The notes below the pieces were generated by a model. That model saw only the letters and a program-made list of their open reading frames with translations, had not been told where the DNA came from and ran no database searches. Below are positions 17,952 through 27,661 of a DNA stretch of 64,000 nucleotides, piece by piece; position 1 is the first letter of the stretch; every line of letters starts with the position of its first letter. The stretch comes from an uncultured Woeseia sp. (lineage in GTDB: Bacteria > Pseudomonadota > Gammaproteobacteria > Steroidobacterales > UBA11654): NCBI GenBank assembly GCA_964629335.1, contig CAZVRH010000003.1:6212-70211 (forward strand), written 5' to 3'. The position numbers and the translations under genes are program-made.

Positions 17952-18212
17952 TGTTTTTTACTCTGTTTTCCAGTCTATATAAAAATATAAGCTTTGGGGT
18001 AGAATCATCGATTGAACACCATTTTGTATCCTAGTATGATAAGTCTGTTGGTTAATTTCCTCAACGCGCAAACATACATTTGGTTCAATACCGATCGTGA
18101 GACGCAAGTAAGCGGAAGCTGAAGAAACGGAGTCGTTTATCTCATCATTCGTTCTTCTATTACCAACAAAAGTTAACTATGGAATTAAATAAGTCCTAAA
18201 GGGGAAATCTAA

Positions 18213-20495
18213 ATGTCATTACAAAACTTTTTTAGAAAATCATATGTGTCAATACTTGCTTTGTTGATGAGCTTCAGTATTGTCGGTCAAGAGAATCAGG
18301 CAGTTTTTGAAGAGATCATCGTTACTGCTGAAAAACGAAGCGAAAGCCTTCAAGATATATCACAAGCTGTCACCGTCTTAACAGGAGAAGACCTAGATAA
18401 TCGACAAATCTCAACTTTTGTAGACATAAGCGCCATTGCGCCAGGGGTAAATGTTGCTAAAAACGAAGGATTTAAGACAGTCATTACCATAAGAGGTGTA
18501 GGCTACGAAACAAACCAGAATGCAATCGCTACTCCTTCTGTTTCTTATCATCTGGATGGAATCTATGTGGCATCCCCTTATTCTCTGCAAACAGACTTCC
18601 TAGATCTTGAGCGAATTGAGGTACTACGCGGACCCCAAGGAACATTGTTTGGTCAGAATTCAACAGGGGGGGCAATCAATGTTATTACGCAAGCTCCTAC
18701 AACTGATGGAGCTTTTGGCTCTGCAGATTTAACTCTAGGGGACTACGGTCTCACTAAGTTTCGAGCTGTAATAAACAGACCTCTCAATGAAAATCTAGCA
18801 ATGAGAGCTTCCTTCATTTCAAACAAACGTGATGGGTTTACAGATAACCTTACAAATGGACAAGACTTGGACGATGCTGACAGTGTCTCTGCCAGGGTTC
18901 GCTTGAAGTATGAACCATCTGAAGATTTCCGAGCTAACTTCACAGCACAAGTGTTCGATGAAGATAGAAATGGTTCTGCACAAAAAGGGTTGTTAGACCC
19001 AACCCCTGACCCAAGAAAACTCAGACAAAATTCTATAACAGAGCACAAGTTAACAGCTGAATTATATAGTGCGGTTTTGGAGTGGGATTTTGATACGTAT
19101 AGTGTTAAATCTCTAACCAGTTATCAGGTTGATGATATTCTTGTTCGAAGAGATAACGACAGAAATGATCTGAACTATTTGCCGCCCTTCGCTCAGTTGC
19201 CTAGTGAGTATGATCCTGAGACCAATAAACAGACAACAACAACACAAGAAATCAATGTGGTTTCCTCTGAGCCGCTCTTTGGCAAGTTAGATTGGATTGC
19301 AGGATTTTTCTACCTAGATACAGAGATTGAAATCAGTATTCTTGAAAGACTGGATTTTGGGTTTGACGGTACTTTCGACCCTTTCACCATCGATGACGTC
19401 TATAGTTATAGCGGTGATTTTGGGTTTATTACAAATTCTAAACCAGAGCGTGATTCTCTGTCCTTCTATGGACAGGGCACATGGAATCATAGCGAATCAC
19501 TTAGAACTGTTTTTGGTCTAAGGCACACAAAAGATGAGGTCTATAGTGAAGTAACAAACTTCTATGGTCGCTCAGGCACTGACATTCTAGAAACGGATGG
19601 CAACAAGGTCACCGGAAGATTGGTTGTCGAAAAGGACCTTGATGACAACACCATGGTGTACGGATCCTACACCACGGGCTATAAGCCTGGGGGCTCTAAC
19701 CTAACTTATGGTCGAGAAAATACAATTGCACCAATCGTGGTGCTCCCCACATTTACGGAAGAGGAAGTTGATGCTTTCGAAGTGGGCTTAAAAACAGATC
19801 TTGCAGGCGGTAATGTCCGACTTAATACTGCTGCCTTTTTTTATGACTACAAGGGCCTTCAATACCAAGCAACTGACCCTGAAGTGTTTGAAGGCGGTGT
19901 CGGTAATATTCCTGAATCAGACATCAGTGGTGCTGAAATAGAGCTGTCTGCGCTCTTATCAGATTCAATGATTCTAGAAGTAAGGGCTGCATGGTTAGAC
20001 ACGGAAATTACTTCGAATCACTTAGCGCTTGATAATGTGGAATCAGACAAAGCTACTAATGCCCTTTTAGGACAGGGTATCGGTTTGTTTAGCAATGAAG
20101 TACAAATAGCACGAGCTGATCGTATTCAGAACGTAAAAGGAAATGATCTAGCCAAAACCCCAGGTTTTACAGGAAACCTTGCACTTAACTGGAATACGGA
20201 TCAAAACTGGGGAGAAATGACCGGTTCACTTCAATACACTTATCGTGGCGACTTTAAACATCGAGTCTTTAATAACTCTCAAACCGATATAGTTCCAAGC
20301 TATGACGTACTTGATTTGGTGCTTGCTTTTTATCCTGATAATGCAGAAAACTGGTATTGGGCACTAATAGCAAAAAACATTACTAATGAAGACGGTATTA
20401 ACGCCAGATTCACGGATGTGTTTGGAGTGGGTGCAACCGGAGATGAGCTCATAGGGCCGCGTCAATTAATGCTACGCCTAAATGTGGATTTCTAA
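18213..20495 (+). CDS. TonB-dependent outer-membrane receptor
   Basis: Signal peptide, a plug region (EEIIVTAEKRSESLQDISQAV...IEVLRGPQGTLFGQNSTGGAINV), and a C-terminal beta-barrel ending in ...LNVDF. Confidence 0.85.
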   Translation: MSLQNFFRKSYVSILALLMSFSIVGQENQAVFEEIIVTAEKRSESLQDISQAVTVLTGEDLDNRQISTFVDISAIAPGVNVAKNEGFKTVITIRGVGYETNQNAIATPSVSYHLDGIYVASPYSLQTDFLDLERIEVLRGPQGTLFGQNSTGGAINVITQAPTTDGAFGSADLTLGDYGLTKFRAVINRPLNENLAMRASFISNKRDGFTDNLTNGQDLDDADSVSARVRLKYEPSEDFRANFTAQVFDEDRNGSAQKGLLDPTPDPRKLRQNSITEHKLTAELYSAVLEWDFDTYSVKSLTSYQVDDILVRRDNDRNDLNYLPPFAQLPSEYDPETNKQTTTTQEINVVSSEPLFGKLDWIAGFFYLDTEIEISILERLDFGFDGTFDPFTIDDVYSYSGDFGFITNSKPERDSLSFYGQGTWNHSESLRTVFGLRHTKDEVYSEVTNFYGRSGTDILETDGNKVTGRLVVEKDLDDNTMVYGSYTTGYKPGGSNLTYGRENTIAPIVVLPTFTEEEVDAFEVGLKTDLAGGNVRLNTAAFFYDYKGLQYQATDPEVFEGGVGNIPESDISGAEIELSALLSDSMILEVRAAWLDTEITSNHLALDNVESDKATNALLGQGIGLFSNEVQIARADRIQNVKGNDLAKTPGFTGNLALNWNTDQNWGEMTGSLQYTYRGDFKHRVFNNSQTDIVPSYDVLDLVLAFYPDNAENWYWALIAKNITNEDGINARFTDVFGVGATGDELIGPRQLMLRLNVDF

Positions 20496-20503
20496 TCAAC
20501 AGG

Positions 20504-20538
20504 CTCCCTGAGGTTAGTTTCTTCAGGGAGTATTTCTC
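20504..20538 (+). terminator. Rho-independent terminator after the TonB receptor gene
   Basis: CTCCCTGA...TCAGGGAG forms an 8-bp GC-rich stem followed by TATTTCTC, 9 nt after the stop codon. Confidence 0.5.
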
Positions 20539-20551
20539 AGTATCAAAAACC

Positions 20552-21115
20552 ATGGATAAACTATTCATTAAAGCAGAGCAGTTACTTGAAGATTCGTTTC
20601 AACTGGCTTGGCAGGTTTATGAAAGTGGTTATCGTCCAAATTACATCATTGGCGTATGGAGAGGGGGGGCACCCATTGGTATCGCTGTCCAAGAATTACT
20701 TGATGTATTAGGAGTTGAATCAGATCACATTGCAATTAGAACATCCTATTATACCGCTATTGGAGAACACAAAAAGAAGGTACAAGTGTATGGTCTTAAC
20801 TATATAGTGAAAAAACTAAAATCAAAAGACTCGTTGCTTATTGTGGATGACGTACACGACACAGGGATGTCTATTGACCAAATAATCACAGACCTAAAGA
20901 AAGCATGCAAAAAAAACGCCCCTGAGATAAAAATTGCTACTCCGTATTTTAAACCGCTAAAGAATAAAACTCAGAGAATTCCAGATTATTACCTCTATGA
21001 AACCGATCAATGGCTAGTATTTCCCCATGAGCTTGCAGGTCTCACAATAAAAGAAATAAAAGAAAACAAACCTCAGCTTGACAAGCTAATTGGTAAGATT
21101 GAACCGCTTTTATGA
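20552..21115 (+). CDS. Phosphoribosyltransferase-domain protein (purine PRTase-like)
   Basis: The PRPP-binding motif DSLLIVDDVHDTGMSI is present. 187 aa. It lies near the purine permease. Confidence 0.6.
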   Translation: MDKLFIKAEQLLEDSFQLAWQVYESGYRPNYIIGVWRGGAPIGIAVQELLDVLGVESDHIAIRTSYYTAIGEHKKKVQVYGLNYIVKKLKSKDSLLIVDDVHDTGMSIDQIITDLKKACKKNAPEIKIATPYFKPLKNKTQRIPDYYLYETDQWLVFPHELAGLTIKEIKENKPQLDKLIGKIEPLL

Positions 21116-21159
21116 AAAATTTATTCTGAGACAGAATTAATCAATCGCCTGTAATCTAA

Positions 21160-22386
21160 CTAAATTGAGTGTTGTATTGCCTCAATAATTTCCATAGAAA
21201 AATCAAGACCTACCCCCTGAATGCCGCCATCAGCATCTGGCCAAGATGAAAAAATGGTTATTACAACTCCTGATTTTGGCGAAATGTGAATAAACTGCCC
21301 ATGAACCCCTCGAGCTTGTAAGGCAACTTCTCTGTCTCCTGTGCCCCAAATAAATGAACGATAATAAGGGTTTATGCTTTGATTACCTAAAGTTAAAAGA
21401 GAACTATCGCCTGGCTGATCAAACATATCTTTTATCCAATTTTCCGGTACTACTTGTGATTCTCCCACTTTTCCTTTATTCAAAATCAGTTGCCCAATTT
21501 TAGCTGTATCTCTAAGAGAGGCGAACATACCTCCGCTTGCAAGTGTAAATCCTGAGACATCAACTGTTATGCCTGCATTCATTTCAGCACCAATAGGTTT
21601 CCAAAGCCTATCACTCACTAAATCAGCATATCTTTTTCCAGTAGCTGCTTCTAACACCCATGCCATCACATCCGTGGTACCAGATTTGTAAATAAACTTA
21701 CCTCGTCTCGTTATGTCTTTACCCACGGAGGGTAAAAAATTGTAATTGCCTATCACCTCTGTATCAATACACATAGGTCCTGTAAGTAAACCGTCTGCAC
21801 AATCTTGTCTTCTGACTGTACTTTTTGGGGAGTCATAATCTTCAACCCAGTTTGACGAATCACGCATGTCTAAGATTTCTCTGAGTGTGTTATCACCCCA
21901 ACCGCTATTGGAAAGTTCTGGAACATAATCTGAAACAGTTTTACTAAGATTAATTAACCCGTCAGCTTCTACTGAAGCTGCGGTTAATCCTGTGATTGTT
22001 TTACTAACCGACCACATTAAATGAGTTCGGTCTGGACTTAGAGTGCCACTATAAAGCTCTGCTATTGCTTTGCCGTCTTTCATGATTAGAATTCCATCGA
22101 TGAACTGATTCTTCATAACCTCAGACAAGAAAATCGCCTGGCCATCTAAACTAATTTCTAAATCTTTTTTGGCATCATTTATACCTGGGATTTGCTGTAT
22201 AAAACTGGGGTTGTTTGGGATGTTCTTGGTTGGCAGTATTTCACGAATATGGGTGTAAGCCCATCTATTTAGAGGTCCAAACTGCCATGTTTCACCGGTT
22301 AAGCCTGAAGGCCTGCTGTCACTAATTTCTGAGCTATAAATATTTACAAAAAATAGGGCTGCGATAAATAAACAAAGAAACCTCAT
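21160..22386 (-). CDS. Secreted class-C beta-lactamase-fold serine hydrolase (AmpH/PBP-like)
   Basis: Signal peptide MRFLCLFIAALFFVNIYS. S-x-x-K motif WSVSKTITG. ATG at 22386, four codons inside the TTG-started ORF. Confidence 0.7.
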   Translation of the reverse strand: MRFLCLFIAALFFVNIYSSEISDSRPSGLTGETWQFGPLNRWAYTHIREILPTKNIPNNPSFIQQIPGINDAKKDLEISLDGQAIFLSEVMKNQFIDGILIMKDGKAIAELYSGTLSPDRTHLMWSVSKTITGLTAASVEADGLINLSKTVSDYVPELSNSGWGDNTLREILDMRDSSNWVEDYDSPKSTVRRQDCADGLLTGPMCIDTEVIGNYNFLPSVGKDITRRGKFIYKSGTTDVMAWVLEAATGKRYADLVSDRLWKPIGAEMNAGITVDVSGFTLASGGMFASLRDTAKIGQLILNKGKVGESQVVPENWIKDMFDQPGDSSLLTLGNQSINPYYRSFIWGTGDREVALQARGVHGQFIHISPKSGVVITIFSSWPDADGGIQGVGLDFSMEIIEAIQHSI

Positions 22387-22439
22387 TAGAACCCCCAAGA
22401 CTTAACAAAGAATCACTAATATATAGTAGTTTTAATTGA

Positions 22440-23786
22440 TTAACGATATATAAGGTGGGCTATAAACGTAACGATAGGCAAGGTAATTCCAGTCCTGAGT
22501 AAGAAAATTAAGAATAACTCTTTAATATTTAAAGGAATTTTTGATTTAAGAATCAGTGTTCCAACTTCAGTCATGTATATTATTTGGGTAATAGAAACAC
22601 AGGCAATAATAAATCGAGTCATTTCGCTCTGAATACTTTGCCCAATCACAGCCGGAAGATATAGGTCTGCAAAACCAACTAAAAAAGCAGGAGCAGCTGA
22701 TTTTGCTTCAGGTATTTGCATAAACTCAAGTAAGGGAACAAGCGGTATCGTAATGATTTCAAAAACAGGGGTGAACTCTGCTAATGCTAAAACCAAGATT
22801 CCTATAGCAACAACCGATGGAAGTAGCGAAAACCATATATCCAGTACGTTAATTAAAGCATCCTTCATTAGCAAACCTGCTTTTGGTGCAGTTTTTGCTT
22901 TATTAACCCCTTGTTTAAGCGCCCAATGCAAAAGTCCTATTCCTTCTTGGGGGGTATCTAGAAAATTATCTTGTAGCTTTAAATAAGAGTCTTTTTTTCT
23001 TGCGAGTGGCCAAACTCTAGGAAGGATGAGCGCGGCAACTGAGCCAGAGAATAGCACCGAAAAATAAAACTCAAAGAACATATGATCAATCTTGATTACT
23101 TTTGCAATCAAAACACAGAAAGCTATTGATGCGACAGAAAAGTTGGTGGTAATTATTGCGGCCTCTCGTCCACTATAATTACCTCTCTCGTGTTGTTTTA
23201 TGGTGATCAAAACCCCAACTGAACCGCTTCCCAACCAAGATGCCATAGAGTCGATACTGGCCCTGCCAGGAAGACGGAAAGCCCATAAAAATGGTTTTTT
23301 TAACAGCGTTCCCACAAATTCAGCTGCACCAAAATCAATAAGAAACGGTAGAAAAAAACAAGCAATTAGAAAGAAGACAACTAAGGAACTAGCTAATTCG
23401 AAGAGAACCACTCCTCCTGTTGAAGAACTTATTATCCATTGAGGACCAAGATTAAAAAAAACTAAGAGAGCAAAAATTGAGCCCAGCAATCTTATTATTA
23501 ACCAAGAAGCTTGTGTAGCAAATATTTGCTCTATTCGAGTAAGTTGTGTTTGTGGATTATTTTTAAACAAGGAGTAGTAAGTTGAGCCCAACCCAGATAT
23601 AAATAAAAGCAGGGTTACAATAGCCGGGAGATAATCTTCAGTTGCAGCCCTCAGAATATCAAACATCACTCCGTAAACTATTGTTGGTCTTCCATCAACA
23701 AAAATAGGGGTCAGAAAAACCAAAACCCCAACAATTGATGGAACCAAGAACCGTAAGATATCTTTGGATAATAGTTTAGAAATCAC
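22440..23786 (-). CDS. Polytopic inner-membrane protein, possibly of the nucleoside-recognition (Gate) domain / YjiH-like type; function unknown
   Basis: 448 aa with at least 10 hydrophobic segments and a GTG start. The family assignment is from memory only. Confidence 0.5.
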   Translation of the reverse strand: MISKLLSKDILRFLVPSIVGVLVFLTPIFVDGRPTIVYGVMFDILRAATEDYLPAIVTLLLFISGLGSTYYSLFKNNPQTQLTRIEQIFATQASWLIIRLLGSIFALLVFFNLGPQWIISSSTGGVVLFELASSLVVFFLIACFFLPFLIDFGAAEFVGTLLKKPFLWAFRLPGRASIDSMASWLGSGSVGVLITIKQHERGNYSGREAAIITTNFSVASIAFCVLIAKVIKIDHMFFEFYFSVLFSGSVAALILPRVWPLARKKDSYLKLQDNFLDTPQEGIGLLHWALKQGVNKAKTAPKAGLLMKDALINVLDIWFSLLPSVVAIGILVLALAEFTPVFEIITIPLVPLLEFMQIPEAKSAAPAFLVGFADLYLPAVIGQSIQSEMTRFIIACVSITQIIYMTEVGTLILKSKIPLNIKELFLIFLLRTGITLPIVTFIAHLIYR

Positions 23787-23847
23787 AGAGTGCTCGTTTA
23801 TAAAAATATATTTGAGTAAGAATTTTAAACAACCAGGTTACTATTAG

Positions 23848-25122
23848 TTATTGCTCTTGCCAGCCCTTTTTTACAATCACTAGAGAGAATAATATTGATG
23901 GTATACCCATTGCGGCAGCAAAGATAAAAAACTTTGTCCAACCCATGGCTTCAATTATTTGGCCGGAAAAACCGCTCAAGATAAAACCTGGTAATAACAT
24001 AATAGATGTAAATAAAGCATATTGAGATGCGGTGTAGCATCTATTGGTCAAGCTAGACAAAAAGGCTATAAATACAGAACCCGAAAAACCCAATGCAAAG
24101 TTATCTGCGCTGATGGTCAATACCAATACTGATAAGTCTGGACCTGCATTGTTAAGCAATAAGAAAAATAGGTTTGTGCCTGCTAGGAATATACTGCTGA
24201 TAATAAGCGGTTTAGAAATGCCATAACGTGCAACTGATATACCGCCTACAAAAGCTCCAAAAATAGTGATCGCAAAACCAAAAACCTTGGTCACGGTTGC
24301 GATCTCGTTTAAATTAAAGCCAATGTCAATATAAAAAGGATTTGCGACTATCCCGAGAATTAAGTCGCTGACTCGATATATTGCTATAAAAATAATTAAC
24401 ATAAATGACCAGTAACCGCTTCTTTTAAAAAACTCATAAAAAGGCTCTATAACTGAGGACCTCAGCCAGTGATTTTCTTGAGTTTCTCTATATGTCTTAG
24501 GTGGTTCAGAAACAATCAACACCGTGATTATTCCAACAAGCATAAAACTAGCCATGATTTGATAAGTGGTTTGCCATGAATAAACCCCTGCTAGATATAA
24601 GGCTCCTGCCCCTGAAGTAAGGGCTGAAATACGATATCCTAATTGGTAGCTAGCTGCCATTGCCCCTTGGTATTTATTTTCAATTATTTCAATTCGATAA
24701 GCATCGATAGCAATATCTTGTGATGCCGAAGCAAAAGCAATGAATATTGAAAAACAGGCAAGCAAGATAAGGTCTTTGTTTGGATCAAAAAAGGATATCC
24801 ATACAAGCCCAGCTAAAATTAGTGCCTGCATGAACAATATCCAAGACCTTCTTTGTCCTAGTGCTGTTGTTAAAATCGGTATGGCAATATTATCCAATAT
24901 AGGCGCCCAAAGAAATTTAATAGCATAAATAATGCCCACCCAGCCAAACATACTAATTTCAGAAATACTTACCTCAACTGAAGCCAGCCACACAGTCAGT
25001 GTGGCAAAGAGAAGAGGGGGCGGTAACCCAGCTGAGAATCCTAAGAAAATCATTCGAATGGACTCAGAACTGGTATAAATTCCCAACCCTTTTTTATCGA
25101 ATATTTTATTTATTCTGTTCAT
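23848..25122 (-). CDS. ampG: AmpG-family muropeptide MFS permease
   Basis: LGFSAGLPPPLLFATLTVWL...YAIKFLWAPILD matches the AmpG signature region. 424 aa. The start overlaps the xth 3' end by 17 nt. Confidence 0.8.
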   Translation of the reverse strand: MNRINKIFDKKGLGIYTSSESIRMIFLGFSAGLPPPLLFATLTVWLASVEVSISEISMFGWVGIIYAIKFLWAPILDNIAIPILTTALGQRRSWILFMQALILAGLVWISFFDPNKDLILLACFSIFIAFASASQDIAIDAYRIEIIENKYQGAMAASYQLGYRISALTSGAGALYLAGVYSWQTTYQIMASFMLVGIITVLIVSEPPKTYRETQENHWLRSSVIEPFYEFFKRSGYWSFMLIIFIAIYRVSDLILGIVANPFYIDIGFNLNEIATVTKVFGFAITIFGAFVGGISVARYGISKPLIISSIFLAGTNLFFLLLNNAGPDLSVLVLTISADNFALGFSGSVFIAFLSSLTNRCYTASQYALFTSIMLLPGFILSGFSGQIIEAMGWTKFFIFAAAMGIPSILFSLVIVKKGWQEQ

Positions 25123-25879
25123 ATTCGATAATTAACGGTGCATGATCAGAAAAGCGCTCTTCTTTATAGATTGATGCTGATCTTACTTTATATTGAAAGT
25201 AATCATTATATATTTGGTAATCAATTCTCCAGCCAACATTGTTCGCCCAAGCGTTCCCCCTATTAGACCACCATGTATATTGCTCTGCATTAGAATTGAT
25301 TTCTCTGAAACTATCGGTACAGTTCAACTCATCAAATATTAGATCTAGCCATGCCCGTTCTTCCGGTAAGCACCCTGAATTCTTCTGGTTTGCTTTCCAG
25401 TTGGTTATATCTCTTTCTTTATGGACAATATTGACATCCCCACAAAATAAGTAGCCTGTTTTCTTTTTTTTCATGGCATCAATTTTGGTCTTAAAAATAT
25501 CTAAAAAACGGTATTTTACTTTCTGTCTAGGGTCTCCTGAAGACCCTGAAGGGAAGTACACAGAAGCGAGCACAAAATCTTTAAAGTCACATTCAATGTA
25601 TCTTCCCTCCGCATCAAACTCAGCAGAGCCTAATCCTTGGGTTATTTTAGAGGGTTTACGTTTTGAGAATAGTGCAACACCGCTATAACCCTTCTTTTGA
25701 GCAACATGATGGTAGCAGTGGTAATCATCGGGCCAGAAATCATCAAGCTTCATATCCTCAATCTGGGCTCTCACTTCTTGCAGGCATATAAAGTCTGGGT
25801 TCTCTTTTTCTAGCCATTTAAACAAGCCTTTTTTTTGAGAAGCCCTGATGCCGTTTACATTTATTGTGATTACCTTAAT
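25106..25879 (-). CDS. xth: Exodeoxyribonuclease III, probable ATT start
   Basis: The listed ORF starts at a TTG (25825) downstream of the conserved N-terminus. The same frame upstream encodes K-V-I-T-I-N-V-N-G-I-R-A (compare E. coli MKFVSFNINGLRA) with no ATG, GTG or TTG. ATT at 25879-25877 follows AGGGA by 6 nt. The remainder (ICLQEVR..., SDHAPL) is typical ExoIII. Confidence 0.8.
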   Translation of the reverse strand: MKVITINVNGIRASQKKGLFKWLEKENPDFICLQEVRAQIEDMKLDDFWPDDYHCYHHVAQKKGYSGVALFSKRKPSKITQGLGSAEFDAEGRYIECDFKDFVLASVYFPSGSSGDPRQKVKYRFLDIFKTKIDAMKKKKTGYLFCGDVNIVHKERDITNWKANQKNSGCLPEERAWLDLIFDELNCTDSFREINSNAEQYTWWSNRGNAWANNVGWRIDYQIYNDYFQYKVRSASIYKEERFSDHAPLIIEYEQNK

Positions 25880-25965
25880 TTTTGATCCCTGTTTACGCTA
25901 AATCTTCATAATCAATTCATTCTATGAGATGCTACACATATTGTGTCGATATAAGTTTATATTGT

Positions 25966-26613
25966 ATGGAAAACTACAAACAAGAATTTATTGAGCTGTC
26001 CATAGAGATAGGCGCATTAAAATTTGGTGAATTCAAACTAAAATCAGGAAGAATCAGTCCATATTTCTTTAATATGGGTATCTTTAGTAGCGGTAGATTG
26101 ATTAAAAAAGTAGGTGACGTCTATGCCAAAACGCTTCTAGACAGTGGTCTTGATTGCGATATGATTTTTGGACCCGCCTACAAAGGCATTCCGATTGTTA
26201 CCTCAATGTCTGTATCCCTATCCGAAAATCATGGACTGAACATGCCTTTCGTCTATAACAGGAAAGAAGCAAAAGATCATGGTGAAGGAGGAAACACGGT
26301 TGGCATAAACCTAAAAGGTAAGGTGGTGATCGTGGATGATGTTATAACAGCAGGCACGGCCATCAGAGAGGCGGCTAAAATTATTGGTAACTCAGAAGGG
26401 GTTGTTTCGGGGATACTGATTTCATTAAACAGACAAGAAAAGGGTGACAGCGATTCATCGGCGGTCCAAGAGGTCGGCGATCAGTTGAATGTGCCAGTAA
26501 TTTCAATTGTAACCATCGATGAAATCATTGAGTTTATTGGGAACGATGACTCTTTTAAAGATCATCTAGACAATATAAACGCCTATAAAGAAGAATACGG
26601 GATAAAGACCTAG
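25966..26613 (+). CDS. pyrE: Orotate phosphoribosyltransferase
   Basis: [36 protein letters not shown] and [14 protein letters not shown] (PRPP motif). The internal ATG at 25966 gives the canonical length of about 215 aa. Confidence 0.9.
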   Translation: MENYKQEFIELSIEIGALKFGEFKLKSGRISPYFFNMGIFSSGRLIKKVGDVYAKTLLDSGLDCDMIFGPAYKGIPIVTSMSVSLSENHGLNMPFVYNRKEAKDHGEGGNTVGINLKGKVVIVDDVITAGTAIREAAKIIGNSEGVVSGILISLNRQEKGDSDSSAVQEVGDQLNVPVISIVTIDEIIEFIGNDDSFKDHLDNINAYKEEYGIKT

Positions 26614-27068
26614 GTCTTTCCTGTATGACCAAATCCGCCTGCGCCTCGACCTGATTCTTCAAATTCATCAACAATATTAAAGCTAACCTGCTCAACCGGA
26701 ACAAAAACCATTTGGGCTAATCTCATGCCGGGCTCAATATCAATTTCTTTATTGCCTCTGTTCCAACACGAAATAAAAACCTCTCCTTGGTAATCAGAAT
26801 CAATCAACCCAACCAGGTTGCCCAAAACAAGTCCTTGTTTATGGCCAAGGCCTGATCTTGGCAAAAGAACGGCGGCTAAGTTAGGATCTTTAATATGGAC
26901 AGCTATGCCGCTAGGTATTAATTGTGTCTCCCCAGGTTTGATTAATACTGTTTCATCAATACATGCCTGCAAATCAATGCCCGCTGATCCTGCTGTTTGA
27001 TATTCTGGGATTTGGAAGTCGCTACCAATTCTAGGGTCAATAATTTTTAGGTCTATAGTTTTAGTCAT
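26610..27068 (-). CDS. dut: dUTP diphosphatase
   Basis: [15 protein letters not shown]...AGSAGIDL...RSGLGHK...[10 protein letters not shown]...GFGHTG. 152 aa from the ATG at 27068. Confidence 0.9.
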   Translation of the reverse strand: MTKTIDLKIIDPRIGSDFQIPEYQTAGSAGIDLQACIDETVLIKPGETQLIPSGIAVHIKDPNLAAVLLPRSGLGHKQGLVLGNLVGLIDSDYQGEVFISCWNRGNKEIDIEPGMRLAQMVFVPVEQVSFNIVDEFEESGRGAGGFGHTGKT

Positions 27069-27150
27069 AATAAAAAATGAATTTAACAACAGTGTAATTC
27101 TTTTATCTTTCTGTCACTAGACTCAGTAACTAATATTTTCTCATAAAGTC

Positions 27151-27179
27151 TTGCTATGTTAAGGTGCTATTGGTATAAA
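27151..27179 (+). promoter_or_regulatory. Candidate sigma-70 promoter for rpmB-rpmG
   Basis: TTGCTA, a 17-nt spacer, then TATAAA, about 55 nt upstream of the rpmB ATG. Confidence 0.35.
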
Positions 27180-27233
27180 AGCCGACCTAAAGGTAAAAAT
27201 TTAATCCAAAGATTAATCAATTAAGAGAAAATA

Positions 27234-27470
27234 ATGGGCAGAGTTTGTCAAGTAACGGGTAAAAAAACAAAGAGCGGAAATAACGTCTCTCATGCGCACA
27301 ACAAGACGAGACGCAAGTTTTACCCTAATTTACACACGCACCGTATTTGGGTAGAAAGCCAAAACAAATACATTAAATTGCGTTTATCTAAAAAAGGCTT
27401 GAGAACGATTGACAAATTAGGAATCGAGCATGTTTTAAAGAACTTAAAGGATTTCGGGGAAAGAGTATAA
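27234..27470 (+). CDS. rpmB: 50S ribosomal protein L28
   Basis: [33 protein letters not shown] is the canonical L28 sequence. Confidence 0.95.
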   Translation: MGRVCQVTGKKTKSGNNVSHAHNKTRRKFYPNLHTHRIWVESQNKYIKLRLSKKGLRTIDKLGIEHVLKNLKDFGERV

Positions 27471-27626
27471 ATGCGTGAAAAAATAAAACTCGTTTCGTCT
27501 GCTAAAACTGGTCATTATTATACGACCACTAAGAACAAAAAAGAGCATCCTGATAAAATGGAAACTAAAAAGTTTGACCCTAAAATCAGAAAACATGTTC
27601 TTTATAAAGAATCTAAAATTAAGTAA
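27471..27626 (+). CDS. rpmG: 50S ribosomal protein L33
   Basis: Absent from the ORF track because it is only 51 aa. ATG directly after the rpmB TAA. My translation is [51 protein letters not shown]. Confidence 0.9.
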   Translation: MREKIKLVSSAKTGHYYTTTKNKKEHPDKMETKKFDPKIRKHVLYKESKIK

Positions 27627-27661
27627 TTTATTTACGTATTTCTTAAAGGCATAATTTCAAT

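Noticed and set aside
18065-18080. PurR-box-like half site (CGCGCAAAC) between the purine permease and the TonB receptor.
   Set aside because: Only one half of the 16-bp palindrome matches. The second half (ATACATTT) does not.
18135-18155. Fur-box-like AT-rich segment (TTTATCTCATCATTCGTTC) upstream of the TonB receptor.
   Set aside because: A poor match to GATAATGATAATCATTATC (roughly half the positions). This is expected by chance in AT-rich DNA.
17952-18212. Purine riboswitch in the 261-nt leader of the NCS2 purine permease (minus strand contains GAUUCUACC, reminiscent of the J2/3 GUUUCUACC).
   Set aside because: I could not find complementary P1, P2 or P3 arms or the conserved loop sequences around it. 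The resemblance is limited to one 9-mer.
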